Shown here in pieces: positions 36,580-49,443 of a stretch of 64,000 bases of DNA (within the stretch, counting starts at the first letter, position 1; each line of letters begins with the position of its first letter). Position numbers and translations under genes: made by a program. Location: contig JAHRHZ010000031.1 in assembly GCA_024137785.1 (NCBI GenBank), positions 8,059,582 to 8,123,581 of the forward strand, written 5' to 3'. The stretch is from Ginglymostoma cirratum (lineage: Eukaryota). Below the pieces are notes generated by a model, which searched no databases, was not told where the DNA came from, and worked only from the letters and a program-made list of their open reading frames with translations.

Positions 36580-37110
36580 AATAAACCTCCTTTGAATCAT
36601 CTCTGATGTACTTACACTCTTACTTAAACATGAAGTTCCAAATTCACACAGTCCTCGAAATGTGGTCTCACCGATGTTCTGTCTAACTGAAGCATAACAT
36701 CCTTGTTTTTGTGTCAAATTCCTCTCATAATAAAAGATAGCATTCCCTTTGTTGATTCTATTAACTGGTGTATAATAAATTTTAATGATTTATGCAGCTC
36801 ACCTAAATCCCTCTGCACCTCAGAATTCTGCAGTCATTCTCCATTTAGGCAGTATTCTGCTTTATTATTCTTCCTGCCAAAGTGAACAATTTCACATTTT
36901 CCAATCGTACCTTCTGCAGCCTCATCTCCTCTTCACAAAATGAATTTCTATCCATTGTTATCTGCAAATTTAGCCTCCAGGCCTTGGTTCTCCTGATCTA
37001 AATCACTGATATAAATTGTAAAACGATGAGGGCCCAGCAGAGATCCCTGTGGGACCTCATCCATCATTTCCAGCCAACTATAAAAATACCGATTTGTGCT
37101 TTCCAAATTT
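36580..37110 (-). mobile_element. CR1 LINE RT fragment
   Basis: Reverse of VPQGS.LGP (gggcccagcagagatccctgtgggac), KFAD (tctgcaaatt) and QRDLG (cctaaatccctctgcac). Confidence 0.75.
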
Positions 37111-37704
37111 GACTGCCAGTAGACTGGTAGTCCGTTTGCTCTTGAGGAGTTGAGTTTCTAATCCCATATTCAACCCATTAGAAAAATCACCTTTGATTTC
37201 TGCTACATGTTGTGTCCTCCATCAGCTGCTACCAAAACATACATTTCTTTGTCGCCTTCAGATTTAAATCTCAACACGTTCCTTAGGATAACAAGCATAT
37301 GAAATAGCAGCAGAAGTCAGCCATTTGACTCCTTGAACCTGTTACGTGATCATGACTGATCAGTTTGTGTCATGAACTCCCCTTTTCTGTCTAGGCAAAA
37401 AAGGTCCGTCAACCAGGACTGCCAAAGGATGTAAAGGATTATGCAAGATTAAAAGAAAAGGCTGATTACAGAGCTAATACACTGGTTAAAAAGCTAATGA
37501 ATATGCAAGAGCAACACATGCTGAGTTTCCTTTGAGCCTCAAAATCCACTCACCACGCCACTCCCGACCAATTAAAATGCAGCCGACAAAGTACAGTTCT
37601 CTGGATACATCCTAACAAAAGTGTGTTTTGAACTTAAGGATTTATCACTTTGTTTGAAATACTAACCCATCTCATTGAAAATGGGTGTTATTGCTTTAAA
37701 TGAT

Positions 37705-38050
37705 TGTTTACATTGGAGGAAGTTCAGAGAAGCATCTCTCAGCTGATTCCTGGGATGAACTGGGTGTCTTCAGGGATGGTAGAGGAGGCTTGGCCTAAAC
37801 TAATTGGAGTTCAGAAGAATGAGATCTTATTGAAACGCGCAGAATTTAGAGGGGCAGCTTACATGGTTTATGCTGTGAGGATGTTAAATTGAATATATTC
37901 AAGGCTGAAGTAAACAGATCTTTTATTGACCATGGAGTCAAAGTGGCAAAGTGGACTTAGGAACTCAATCAGAGCAGCCATGATCTAGTGGAGTGGTGAA
38001 GCAGCCCCAGTGGACTGAATGGTCTACTTCTGCTCACTTTTCTTATGTCC
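37705..38050 (+). mobile_element. CR1 LINE 3' fragment, old
   Basis: LEEVQRSISQLIPGM; tail gactgaatggtctacttctgctcac..cttatgtcctta. Confidence 0.7.
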
Positions 38051-38126
38051 TTAAAAGACAAGAAAAGAATGAAAATTATGAGTTGGTATCTTTTCTAAGT
38101 ACATCTATAGTTAGGTCAAAATGAGC

Positions 38127-38236
38127 GTGATTATATTGTTTAAACAACTTCAGCTCTAGCAAATTGAAAACCTAAAAATATGTGATTATGTTGTTTAAAC
38201 AACTTCAACTCTAGCAAATTGAAAATCTAAAAATAT
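38127..38236 (+). repeat. 55-bp tandem duplication
   Basis: gtgattatRttgtttaaacaacttcaRctctagcaaattgaaaaYctaaaaatat at 38127-38181 and 38182-38236, 3 mismatches. Confidence 0.95.
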
Positions 38237-38460
38237 TCAGCTAAATTAAGGCCAGAAAACAGAGCTGAGCTGAAAGACTCCCTGGTTTAAAATCTGATTG
38301 TTTTGTAAGTGAATTACAAAAACAATACTTATTGCAGCCTACATACTGATTTGGGTGCAGCACTTACTTACACGGTTACCAACAGTACTAGCTTGCATCT
38401 TGTTAGCAAGGGGAGGTTGAGCCCCTCTAATGATTAAAAATGAAACACAAACTCACAATC

Positions 38461-39417
38461 TGTAACACAGGGGGTAGAGGTCCCCTTCTAATAATTAAAC
38501 CTGAAACACCCAGAATAGTGCGCCTCACCTCAACTAAGCTGTTACAAAAGAGTGGTTAAATGAAAGAAAATCCCTGATATTCACTTTATCAGCAGTAAGT
38601 AACAATTTATTTATTTAACCCGAACAGTGAACAAATTAACAGAACTACTAATAAATTCAACAATTCCCCCTGAACTACGATTTCTGAACTGAACAAAATT
38701 CTACTGGTACGCTGTTCCAATAAATACAATTCCCACTTAGAGCAATCCCAGTAATAAGAAAACTAAATTAAAACTTAGACTCCCAAAGTCCATACAGCCT
38801 GTGACTTCCAGGAAGTTCTGCCTTCTCTACTGTCATTCCAGTCATAAACACCTTTCTTCTGCAGATCCTTCTGCCAGGGATTTTTTTCTGTGAATTCTTT
38901 TATGAGGACGTTTAGCTAGAAGTGTCATGGTAATTTTTATGGATTGATGGTGCTTTCTCAGAGAGCTTAGAGATTTCAGAGAGCTAGATGTTTATTCTTC
39001 AGATGGCGGTTTGCTTTCTCCTGATTTTCAAAAACCCTCATCGTATATACCTTGGGTGACCTGTCAATTTTCTTCTAATAGGATAGGTCTGAGGTTGTCA
39101 AAACCATCAGATTTAAATTCACAGAGATAGTAGCAACTGCCGATGCTGTGTTCATCCAGCTCCACAACGTTTTATCTCAGATTTAAATTCAATTGGTTTT
39201 CAATCTCTAAATTATTGGTTTAAATTACTCGGCTGATCTTCAAACTCGTTGCTAAAACATCAAAACGAGCCTAAGGTTTCCAATCACGCAGCCAATTGAT
39301 ACATTTCACTTTCAAAACTGTCTGTACCTATTCAGCTGCTTACAGACACATTTTCTGCGTAAATCTCCAAGCTTAAAGGGATCACACACTCTTTCTCCTC
39401 TATCATTTTTCATAACA
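38461..39417 (-). mobile_element. Probable solo LTR
   Basis: Termini TGTAAC...CATAACA (TG..CA with short inverted ends); tttatt (minus-strand AATAAA) near 38606; flanks aatc/aatt; a diverged copy of its end lies at 38401-38450. Confidence 0.5.
39122..39176. mobile_element. 55-bp inverted-junction Penelope-terminal fragment with a perfect 15-bp flanking repeat
   Basis: TCAGATTTAAATTCA at 39107-39121 and 39177-39191; the insert switches strand at gctg. Confidence 0.8.
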
Positions 39418-40784
39418 AATTCGAGCTTCCTGCCTTCCACTTCATGAGTACGCTACACAACTTCGTAACAATCCACATTCCCTTCTAATGTTTAATTTAA
39501 AGTCGCATTCTGGATTAACCTTATCAATGCCAGTTGTTACCTTTTTCCAAGAAAAGTTTACGCTACCTACGTATCCCATGATTAGTGCTGTCCCCAAGTT
39601 GTCAGCTTTTTATAAGCATCGGATTACACAAAGGTGCTGATTAGCAAGAGTGCAAACCTTTGGAAAATCTCATCAGTGCACTCAAAATTCAATTCTACAG
39701 TAGTAAATATGATTATGTCCTTTGTTCTGTTGTGTAAAACACCTCCACATTCCTGGACAAGTACGACAAGCCAATTCCACCCTTCCTTCAGCAGCATGTC
39801 CCTTTCTTTAAAAAGGAATGCAATACCTCTCCCCTCTTAGCCACCTGATTCTTTTGCATCTATGTTGGCAGCCCTATGTTGTGGTGCTGTGAATCTGCCA
39901 CTGGGGATTTAGCAGTCATCCTTTGAGTTCTGCATGTCATGTAGGCAGTTGATGTGTTAGAGTTTCTGCTGGGATCAGGTCTGATAGTTTAAACTGAAGA
40001 CCTAAAGACCATTCAATCCAACATATCAAGAAGGCTGATTTTAACTGAAGCCTAACTGACTGCCTGGCCTGGATATTACTAACAAAATAAATATTAAATG
40101 GAAAGATTTTATTTTCCAAGAACAGAAATGTGTTGTCAACTATAAATGTGATCAGCTGCATTTTCATTGCACACATGAGGATTCTGAATTTAAGAATATC
40201 ATCAAAACGGTAGAACAAGTGAGACACTAATTTCAATTGAAAAATTAATTTGGTGACATAATAAATGTATTATAAACAATTGCAATCAACTCTTTTCCTT
40301 CTTAATAAAAGTCAAGAATTGCTCATCATCTAATCCGATTCATGAATTTCATTTTTTGCATTGCATTTTCTGAGGAATGGCAAACACATGCAAATTGTTT
40401 TGACAATGGAGTAGGTATTTAAGGAAAAGGTGTTGTTAGGGTGCTGAGAGAGCACGGTCCCAGTGTCAGGTGAACAGGGCAATGGAGTGCCAGCTTAGCA
40501 GGGTGCTTGCTGGGGAGAGGGTAGAATGTCAGATGGATTAGGGATAAGGTCCACAAACACAGGGTACCAGCTGGGTCAGGAGTCAAGTTGCAAGATCGCA
40601 AGATAGACTGAAGGGGGAAGAGTTCTGGGTCAGTTTCAGCAGCACGGTGGATGTCAGGTTGGTGCCAGAGGGGTAGTGACTGGGGGCAGAGTGGAGATGA
40701 TATATTAGGTTTGATCTAATGACTGGTGGGGTGGAGAGAGGAGCACAGAGACCCAGTCTCATGTGAGGTTCTGCACTTTGATGG

Positions 40785-41530
40785 AAATATTTTCTAAATG
40801 GGGAAAATCTTTGGAAATCTGAGCACAAAAGGGACTTGGGAGTGCTAGTTCAGGATTATTTTCAGGTTAATATGCAAGTTCAGCTGGCAGCTAGGAAGGC
40901 AATTGCAATGTTAGCATTCATTTCAAGAGGGCTAGAATACCAGAGCAGGGATGTACTACTGAGACTGTACAAGGCTCTGGTCAAACTGCATTTGGATTAT
41001 TGTGAGCAGTTTTGGGCCCGTATGTAAGGAAGGATATGCTGTTCATGGTGGGGGTCCAGAATAGGGTCACAAGGAAGATCCTGGGAATGTAGGGATTGTC
41101 ATGAGGAGCAGTTGGGATTCTGGGTCTGTACTGGGAGTTTAGAAGGATGAGGGGGGCAATCTCATTGAAACTTACAGAATGCTCTCTTTTTGACAGGCCT
41201 GGATAAAAGTTGACATGGGGAAGATGTTTCCACTAGTAGGAGAGGCTAGGACCCTTAGGCACAGACTCAGAATGAAAAGGACATCCCTTTAGAACTGAGA
41301 TGAGGAGGAATTTCTTCAGGCAGAGAGTGGTGAATCTGGAAATTATGGCTGCAGAAGCCAAGTCAGTGAGTGCTTTTCAGACAGAGATAGATAGGTTCTT
41401 GATTAGTAAGGGGATCAAAGGTTCTGGGGAGAAGGCAGGAGCGCAGGGTTGTGAAACACACCAGCCATAATCGAATGGCAGAGCAGACTCATGGGCTTAA
41501 ACGGCTCAATTCTGCTCCTATATATTATCG
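40785..41530 (+). mobile_element. CR1 LINE 3' fragment
   Basis: GVLVQDYFQVNMQVQLAARKAIAMLAFISRGLEY..LYKALVKLHLDYCEQFWA; RRNFFRQRVVNL; tail ttctgctcctatat. Confidence 0.88.
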
Positions 41531-41694
41531 TCACTGCTGATCAGGGGACAAAATTCCCATCACTGATAACCCTAGGAGAAGAAAAAGATCCTCCTTACCT
41601 CCATCTTAAATGGAAGACACCTCACTCTTAACCTTGGAATCCCCCAAAGCTGTTTGTGTTCTGAGGTAAAAAAAAAATCTGCATCGAAATATTT

Positions 41695-42620
41695 GAAATG
41701 GGAGTAGGAATAAGCAATTTGGTCCCTCATGCTTATTCACATTGTCCCACATGATCTCAACATCCCTTGATATATTTAATGTCTGGAAATCAGTAGATCG
41801 CTGTCTTTAATGCATTGTATACACGAACTATCCACAGCCCTTTGGGTTAGATTCACCACACTCAATGAAGAAATTTCTCCTTATCTCCATCCTAAATGAC
41901 CTGCATATTCTGAGACTGCATTCTCTGGTTCCATACCCCTGCCTCCACAACCTCCGTCCTCCTTCTACCTGCCCCAATCAGCCCGCCACCCTCTGAATCA
42001 GGGAAACATGGCTCCTGCTTCTACTTTCTTGAGCCCAGTAAGAATTTTGTATGCTTCAACAAGATCACCTCTCACTTCAAATTCTCCAGAACAGAGACCT
42101 GGTCTTCTCAATCCCTCCTCACAGTGTAATCCTACCATTCCAGGGATCAGTCTCCTGAACTTTCATAAGCTGGGCATAAGGAAGTATAATTATTCCTCAG
42201 GCGAAGTGACATAACTGCACACGATACTTCATGTGTAGTCTCAACAAGGCTGTATAAAATTGCAGCAAGACATGTTCATTCCTGTGCTCAAATCTGCTTG
42301 TATTAAGGGTCAACACACCATGTGGCATCTAAGTTGCTTTCTGCGCCTGCATTTTAGTATTCAACTATTGAAGAACAAGGATATAGCTTCCTTTGGAGAG
42401 CAACACTTCCCATTCTATCACCATTTAAGGAATACTTTTTCAAACAAAGTAGAAACCTTCATCTTTTTCCTCATTACATTCCATTTGTCTTGTTCATGCC
42501 TACTCACCCAGCCTATCCAAACAGAAAAATAGAAAATCAGACAAGCAGGCCACTGTGCCTTTTGAGCCTTTTCCACTACTCAATATTATCATGGCTGATT
42601 ATCCGTTGGATTATTCTGTA
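41695..42620 (-). mobile_element. CR1 LINE 3' fragments, old (two adjacent)
   Basis: Reverse tails at 41695 (gggagtaggaataagcaatttgg) and 42525 (cagacaagcaggccac..atcatggctga); agatcacctctc and ccattccagggatcagtctcctgaac are reverse CR1 ORF2 motifs. Confidence 0.7.
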
Positions 42621-42624
42621 TCAC

Positions 42625-43478
42625 TTGTCCTTCGTGGAAAAAGTTTGTAAAGGGTAATACCTTTGACGACTAGTCTATCAGGATGTGGTCAGCATTAGCA
42701 TCCCCAAGACCTTACGGGAAAGGAGAGGGTGGATCCCGTCATGTAGTTCCCTGAGCAAATGTTCAAAGTCATTTAGTAGAAGGTCTCATTGCCAGAACTT
42801 TCCAACAAACATCAAGACATCACTTGACTGGTGGGGAGACAGGAACTACCATCAGATCCTTCAAGCCGCCCGGACTCTCTCTGTCACTGCAAGCTGGTGA
42901 AGAGACTATCAAAGATCTCCTTCCAGAATGTGCCTTTACAAAGAAAGTCTGGAGAAAAATACAGTGTTTTTTCTTGAGAGCTCCGTGACGCATGACTCTG
43001 CTCTATGGTCTGTTCCCCAGGACACACACCAGGACAAACACAACTGCACCTGGAGGACCATCAACTCAGTGAAAGACGCTCTTTGATCTGCCTGAAACTT
43101 GGTGTTCCAGGTACAAAGAGTTGACCTTGACCGATTATTGTAGACTAGCACATTTCAAGGTTCAGGACTGCATGCTGAGGGATGCACTAAAGCTTGGGGC
43201 AGCTGCCACTAAGGCACAATGGGGAAAGACCACTGTCCAAGATCTTTTTGTCAATATAGAATGAGGGTCCGTTCAATTATCAGACTCTCTCTTAGCCTCA
43301 AAGTGTAAATAGTATCCTGCATGAGTAAGAAATGCCTTTGGTTGTTGCAAGTGCAAGGAATATCAAATTCCAATGTTAGCTTTTCTTGATATGCAAAGAC
43401 TGTACAGAAGTGCTTTAGAACTGCGCATCTAGATAAAGATGTTTAATTAATAAAGTATATGTTTACAATAACAAAAAA
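42625..43478 (+). mobile_element. Tx1-clade (L1 group) LINE 3' fragment
   Basis: Broken frames TLRERRG, PELSNKHQD, GEETIKDLLPECAFTKKVW, LYGLFPRTHT, WRTINSVKDAL*SA, LRDALKLGAAATKAQWGKTTV; ends aataaagtatat..caaaaaaa. Confidence 0.8.
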
Positions 43479-46400
43479 ATTAACACTTTCACAAGTTTAC
43501 ATCGTCATACAGTGGTCGCTACAGTAACTAAATGACTTGGTAGAAACCCACTGTCAGTTTCAATCTCCATCACAGACAGGGCCAGCTACTAAATCCTTAC
43601 AAAATATTTGGATATCAGCAGGCAACTGGATTGTTCATTTTTCTCCTGAAGTGACCCAATTTCTGCAGGAGGAATATTATCTGCTAAAAATACAACATGA
43701 GAAGAAATACCAGGAAGACAGCCTATAGAATGAAAACAGGCCACATTCACAGGAATAAAACCCATTGATTACTTCTTCCACAAATCAAGTCAGCAGCAAT
43801 AAATACACAGTATAATACACAATGTCGAAGGGAGGATCAAAACGTACTTCAAATAGGAAGTGTCGTGTTATAACATGTTGAGAATTGTACACTGATAGAT
43901 ATATTGATACACTCTTTACATTTAATCAACTAACGACAATACCTTGAAACAGCTTTTTGGCAACTTTTTCTAGTTTCGTTCCGATTACCCAAACAAATGA
44001 CAGCTCATTTGATTCTGACATAATCCAGCTGTTCGCAATTCCACCGCCAACTGATGACATACTTACATTACCTCTTAAGAGGTAAAGATAATTTATTGAT
44101 TTCACTTCATAAACATGTGCATATGTTACAACATCGAGTGGTTAACAGCAGACCATTTTAAAACATTTCTAGTACACACAATTTTCATGAGTGTGTATGA
44201 AAAAGCTGAAGCATTTCTGAAGAACCAAAAGATCTAATATTTGATATATAATGCTTTAAACTCTCCACCATGTTTGTGAATGACAGGTGAAAATGAAATA
44301 AGAAACACTACTTAACATTTATGTCAGACATAATTCTGTGCAGATATTTTAAATTCCAGTGTATTTCAATTGAGATACCAAAACATCACATCATGCTTCT
44401 AATGCATTACTAATGAAATTATTTAAATTTTTAAAAATTGGTTTTATTCCCGTAATAGGGAGTAGCCAGTTTTGCGGATATCAGAATGCTGCACCAAGAA
44501 AAAGAAAACTGATGAAAATATGCCTGAAGATTCTCGAAGTCTGATCAGTTTAGGATCAGCTGGTGTAAGGGTTTGCTTTTTACTCAGTAAACACTAGCTC
44601 GATACTCTTCTTGGAAAATAGCACAACACAGCTATGTAATAGAAGGGAATACTAGAGTGCTTAATGGCAGCAAGGGTACGTGACAGCCTAAATTGGATAG
44701 CATGAGAAAACAGGTTCAGAGATCACGATCTATAGTCAGCCCACCCCCATTGATTGAAATACAGGTAACAAAGCAAATTTGTGCTTCCTGCTCATTAGAA
44801 TGATCTCTGCATGAAGTAGCCGAGGTATTCACTGGTATTAAGCAACAGCATGGAGTCCAAACTCTGAAGTGAATACCAGCAAAAGCAACTTGCCACTGCT
44901 TAAAGTTAGCTTGCACCTGAGAAAGGCAAGGTGTACTGTCACCAGAGGAGGTTCTGGGAGGCGTGCAGGAACTGAATCTGTCTGAGGAATTAGTGAGGCC
45001 CAGCACAACTGGAGAGAAAGCCAGAACAAAGTTTTTGTATGCTGCACAGAAGGGTTCTTGGTGGAGGACTGTAAAGGGAAATCAATGTCCTTTAGCTGCA
45101 GAGAGCAAGAAGCTCTTCTGGACATGAGGGGCTGGCGCTGGGGGGTGGGGTGGCAGAAGTACTGTTCTAGCCAGTCTTGTATACTTTAAAAGAGAGCACC
45201 AGTAAGGCAGCAGCATTCACACTCCTTTTTCCTGGGCTGTGATTCTTCCATAATGAATGCTGTTGTCTGTTTACTGGCCAGCCTGGACTGCTACCAGCAG
45301 AGGTGCCCTCAGTCATCGCCGAGTGTAGTGTAAAAGATAATCCAAAAGGACCATGCACCATCTCCTCTATTGAAAGTCAGCAGCCTTTCATCAGCCACAC
45401 TGCAGTTGCTGGTGTAGCAGAGAAAGCTCAATATCAAAATGAAGAATGAACTGGAGGAGCACTAGAATAGGATAAGACACAGAGACAGACACTAAGGGAA
45501 TGCACAACTTGATGAGTTTATACTTGCACAGAATATTGTGTTTTCGCTGGACAAATGGACACAGTGATGTCAGCGACGGAGACAAGCAAAGGTGTGGGAT
45601 GGTTAGCGAATGGGGAAAATTAGTTTTGCAGTTACTGCTGTCACATTAAAATTCTCAACATCAGTCAGGCTAGAAACGGGCTATCCACCCTTCTTCTTTC
45701 TCAGGTGCTCTCAGTGTCGAGCTGGAGCCAAAAACTCAGTTATCACAATGTAGAGATTGTGGTATTTTGCTGCACGCTGTACAAAGTTCAACAGATGCAC
45801 TGGTGCATACTGCCAGCCTCTTTCCAGGGAAGTCAGGCATTGGACATATTGTTTCAGGATTTGTGTGACATTGTGGCATTCATTGGATGCACTTTGCCTA
45901 AGTTGAGAAACAGAGTCACTGTGCTGGTGGGTGAACAGTGTGCTGAATTCTATCATTAAGAAGGTGTACGTGCAGGCATATATTTGGTGAAAGACAATGG
46001 GGGTGGTGGTAGGGTGAGGTGATGTGGGGTGGGGCAGATGGGAAGAGATGGATGTCTCTCTCCTCCCTGGAAGTTGGCGGCCAGCCAGCTGGTCAGTTAG
46101 AAGCCTGCCCCATAGCCCTAAAGTGGATTGAACAGGTTCCCGACTGGGACTTCCACACGTTGCTAGGAACCAATTCCAACAGGCCCAGGAGCTCTGCAGC
46201 CTGGACCACGTACAGGCCCTACCCTACAGATCCCAGATCCAGGTCAACCCAGGGCTTCAAGGCTTGTTATTCTTTTCACTAATCAGCGATGAGTTGCAGG
46301 TGGTAAAGGCTGGGTTTTAAACAACATGCAAGTGGAAAGGAAGGGCTTGGGAATCAAAAGATACCCTCGAATGATACCACCTCCTCTTCCTTCCTGCCCT

Positions 46401-47120
46401 TTGGAGCACTCGATTTAAAAAACACTATGAGTTAAACTCCTGACAGACTGTGCACACTGACCTGTGTTCCAGTATGGGCGGCAAAATGTCAGGCTCCATT
46501 GAGCTTTCACTAAGTTCAAGTCACCTTGATTTATTCATCCACATGTGGTACGTGGGCTGTCAGCTGTTGGCACCTTTCCACTCTCTGCATTATGAGGATC
46601 AGCTCAGGTGGGTAAAGAAGGTGGAGGGCATGCCATGCACCCTACACCCATCCAAAGTACACCTGGCAGGGGCACATACTATTTAATCAATTGTCTATTA
46701 GGAAGGTGAAGTGGTAGCACATGTCACCAAGTACCCTCCATTCAGTTTGCCTTGGTGGTTGAAATGCAGATGGTACAATGGACTAAGTTAAATAGCATCC
46801 CAACTGCCTCAGGATACCAGCTGTTCACCTGTATAACTTGTTACTAACAGTTGTATATTCGGCACTGAAAGTAATGTTCAGTCACTACGGGCACCCACTG
46901 TGTCACAAATCAACAGGGATGTCAGCACAGTGATCAACGAACTTTGCATTTTGTAGCTCCATTAACCAACTCTCTTTTCGCTGAGTGTTTCAATTTGAGG
47001 TAACCAGCAGAAACGCCTTAATTTTAAAGTGGATCAAAAAGGTCAGTTTATTGTACAGTCATACTGATTATTGGATAAAGTACAGATACAAAGATTCAAA
47101 TCAATTACAGATAAAAAGAC

Positions 47121-47186
47121 GGGAGAGGGAGGGGGAGAGGGAGAGGAGTGAGGGAAGGCGAGTGAGCAAGGGAGAGGGAGAGAGGA
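47121..47186. repeat. GA-rich low-complexity tract
   Basis: gggagagggagggggagagggagaggagtgagggaagg... Confidence 0.85.
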
Positions 47187-47234
47187 AGATGCCTGGTCCA
47201 GAAACTCGATTGGACCTGCTACACAAACTGATTA

Positions 47235-47730
47235 GAGGCTAGGAATACTGTGGTGAGTAACTCACCTCCTGACTCCCTAAAGCCTGTCCACCAGCTAATG
47301 GGCACAAGTCAGGAGTGTGATGGAATACTCCCCATTTGCCTGGATGAGTGCAGCCCCAACAACACTCAAGTAGCCTGACACCATCAGGACAAAGCAGCCC
47401 GCTTGATTGGCACTACACCCACAAAAACATTCAGTACCTCCGCCACTGACGCTCAGTAGCAGCAGTCTGTACTACTTACAAGATGCACTGCAGAAATTCA
47501 TCAAAGATCCTCAAACTGCACCTTCCAAACCCACGACCACTTCCACCCAGAAACACCACCACCTCTGCAAGTTCCCTTCCAAACCACTCACCATCCTGAC
47601 TCGGAAATGCATAGCCGTTCCGTCGCTGGGTCAAAATCCTGGAATTCCCTCACTAAGGGCACTGTCGGTCAACCTACAGTACGTCGACTGCACCTATTTA
47701 AGAAGGCACCTCAGCACCACCGTCTCAAGG
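47235..47730 (+). mobile_element. L2/CR1-group LINE 3' fragment (tail resumes at 49444-49500)
   Basis: RLGIL..VTHLLTP*SLST..AQVRSVMEYSPFAWMSAAPTTLK*PDTI..DKAARLIG; ...ctcaagg is continued by caactagggacaggcaataaatgctgg after the Rex element. Confidence 0.8.
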
Positions 47731-47734
47731 ATAA

Positions 47735-49443
47735 CTAAGATAACTAACATAACGGGCTACAGGTGCGCAGTCCAACAGAAGAATCGCTGACAACAATGCA
47801 TCCCTTCCTGAAGAGCTCAATGCATTCTTTGCTCATTTCGAACAGAAGGACAGTGAACTAACGAGCCTTGGGTGGACCCGTACCCACAGTGACTGCTGCA
47901 GACATCAGATCGGCCGTCCTGAAAATGAATCCGTGGTAAACAACTGGCCGGGATAGAGTTGCTGGCTGTTCCCTTCAATCCTGTGTGGACCAGCTGGTGG
48001 GAGTACTTACAGACATTTTTAACCTACCTTTGCTATGGTGCGAGGTTCCCACTTTCTTTAAGACGACCACTATTACCCCTGTGCCAAAGTAAATTAAAAA
48101 ATAAAATCAGGCAACATGCCTTAATGACTACCACCCAGTGGCTCTGACAACCATCATTGTGAAATACTTCAACAGTACACATCAACTCCAGCTTCCCAGA
48201 ATGCCTTGGTCTACTACAATTTGCTTACCATCACAGATGCCATTTCCTTGGCCCTACACTCATTCCTGGAACATCTGGACAACAAGGACACCGACGTCAG
48301 ACTTCTATTTATTAATTTTAGCTCTGCCTTCGACACTAAGTCCAACCAAACTCATCTCCAAACTCACTCTAACCCAGTTCTGAGGAAGGGTCACTGGACC
48401 CAAAATGTTAACTCTGATTTTTCCTTCACAGATGCTGCCAGACCTGCTGAGCTTCTCCAGCAACTTTGCTTTTGTTCCAAACCCCAAGACCTGGGACTCT
48501 GCGACCCCAGCTGCAACTGGATCCTCGACTTCTGGACCCACAGACCGCAGCCAGCAAGGACAAGTGACAACACTACTCCATAATAATCCTCAACACTGGT
48601 GCCCTACAAGGCTGTGTACTCAGCGTCCCACGATAATCCTTAAACAATCACAACAGCAGAGAGATAGACAGCCCGGTGACATGGTGTAAAGACCACAATC
48701 TCTCCCTCAATATCAGCAAAACAAAGGAGCTGGTCTTTGACTTCAGGAAGCAGAGTGGAGGAGGACACACCCCTGTCTGTACCAGTGGTGCTGAGGTGGA
48801 GATGGTCGAGTGCTTCAAGTTCCAAGGAGCAAACCATCACTAACAATCCACCCTCATCTGTTGGCACTACAGTCAAGAAAGCACACAAATGCCTCTACTT
48901 CCTCAGAAGACTAAGGAAATTCAGCATGTCCCCAATGACTCTTACCAATTTTTATAGATGCATCATGGTAAACATCCTACCTGGATGCATCACAGCTTGG
49001 TATGGCAACTGCTCTACCCCACACCGCAAGACATCACAGGAGAGTTGCGAAATGCAGCCCAGTCCATCATGCAAACCAGCCATCCTTCCATTGATTCCAT
49101 TTACACTTGCTACTGCCTTGGGAAAGCAACTAAGATAATCAAAGATCCCTCCCACCCTGGTTATACTCTCTCCCACCCTCTTCCATCCAGCAGAAGATAC
49201 AAACGTTTGAAAACACTTACCAACAGATTTAAGAACAGCTTCTTCCCTGCTGTTATCAGAATTATGAACGGATCTCTCAAATATGAGAGGTGATCTCTCT
49301 CTGCACTTTCTCTGTAGCTGTAACACTATAGTCTGCATTTTGTTCCGTTACACTTATGTATTTAAATAAGGTATTATCTTTCTGCTTCGCATGCAAAGCG
49401 ATGCTTTTCACTATATCTTGGTACATGACAATAATAATCAAAT
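47735..49443 (+). mobile_element. Rex1/Babar-type LINE, 5'-truncated, decayed RT
   Basis: DNNASLPEELNAFFAHFE, CLNDY, DAISLALHSFLEHLDNKDTDVRLLFINFSSAFD, CNWILDF, LNTGALQGCVLS, SLNISKTKELVFDFRK, KKAHKCLYFLRRLRKF, RFKNSFFPAVIR; tail catgacaataataatcaaatc. Confidence 0.9.
48364..48475 (+). mobile_element. Hammerhead-bearing Penelope-terminal mini-unit inserted in the Rex RT
   Basis: agtt-CTGAGGA-A-GGGTC-actg-GACCC-AAAATGTT-aact (48376-48413); flanked by TCCAAAC at 48357-48363 and 48476-48482; splits KLISKL/QDLGL. Confidence 0.85.

Noticed and set aside
22140-38236. CRISPR-like direct repeats (22140 and 38127 duplications)
   Set aside because: Only two adjacent copies each, with no spacers and no cas genes, in a vertebrate context
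44480-46900. Harbinger transposase/Myb remnants (e.g. IVVFCCTLYK near 45760)
   Set aside because: Resemblance limited to one short motif; boundaries cannot be supported by eye
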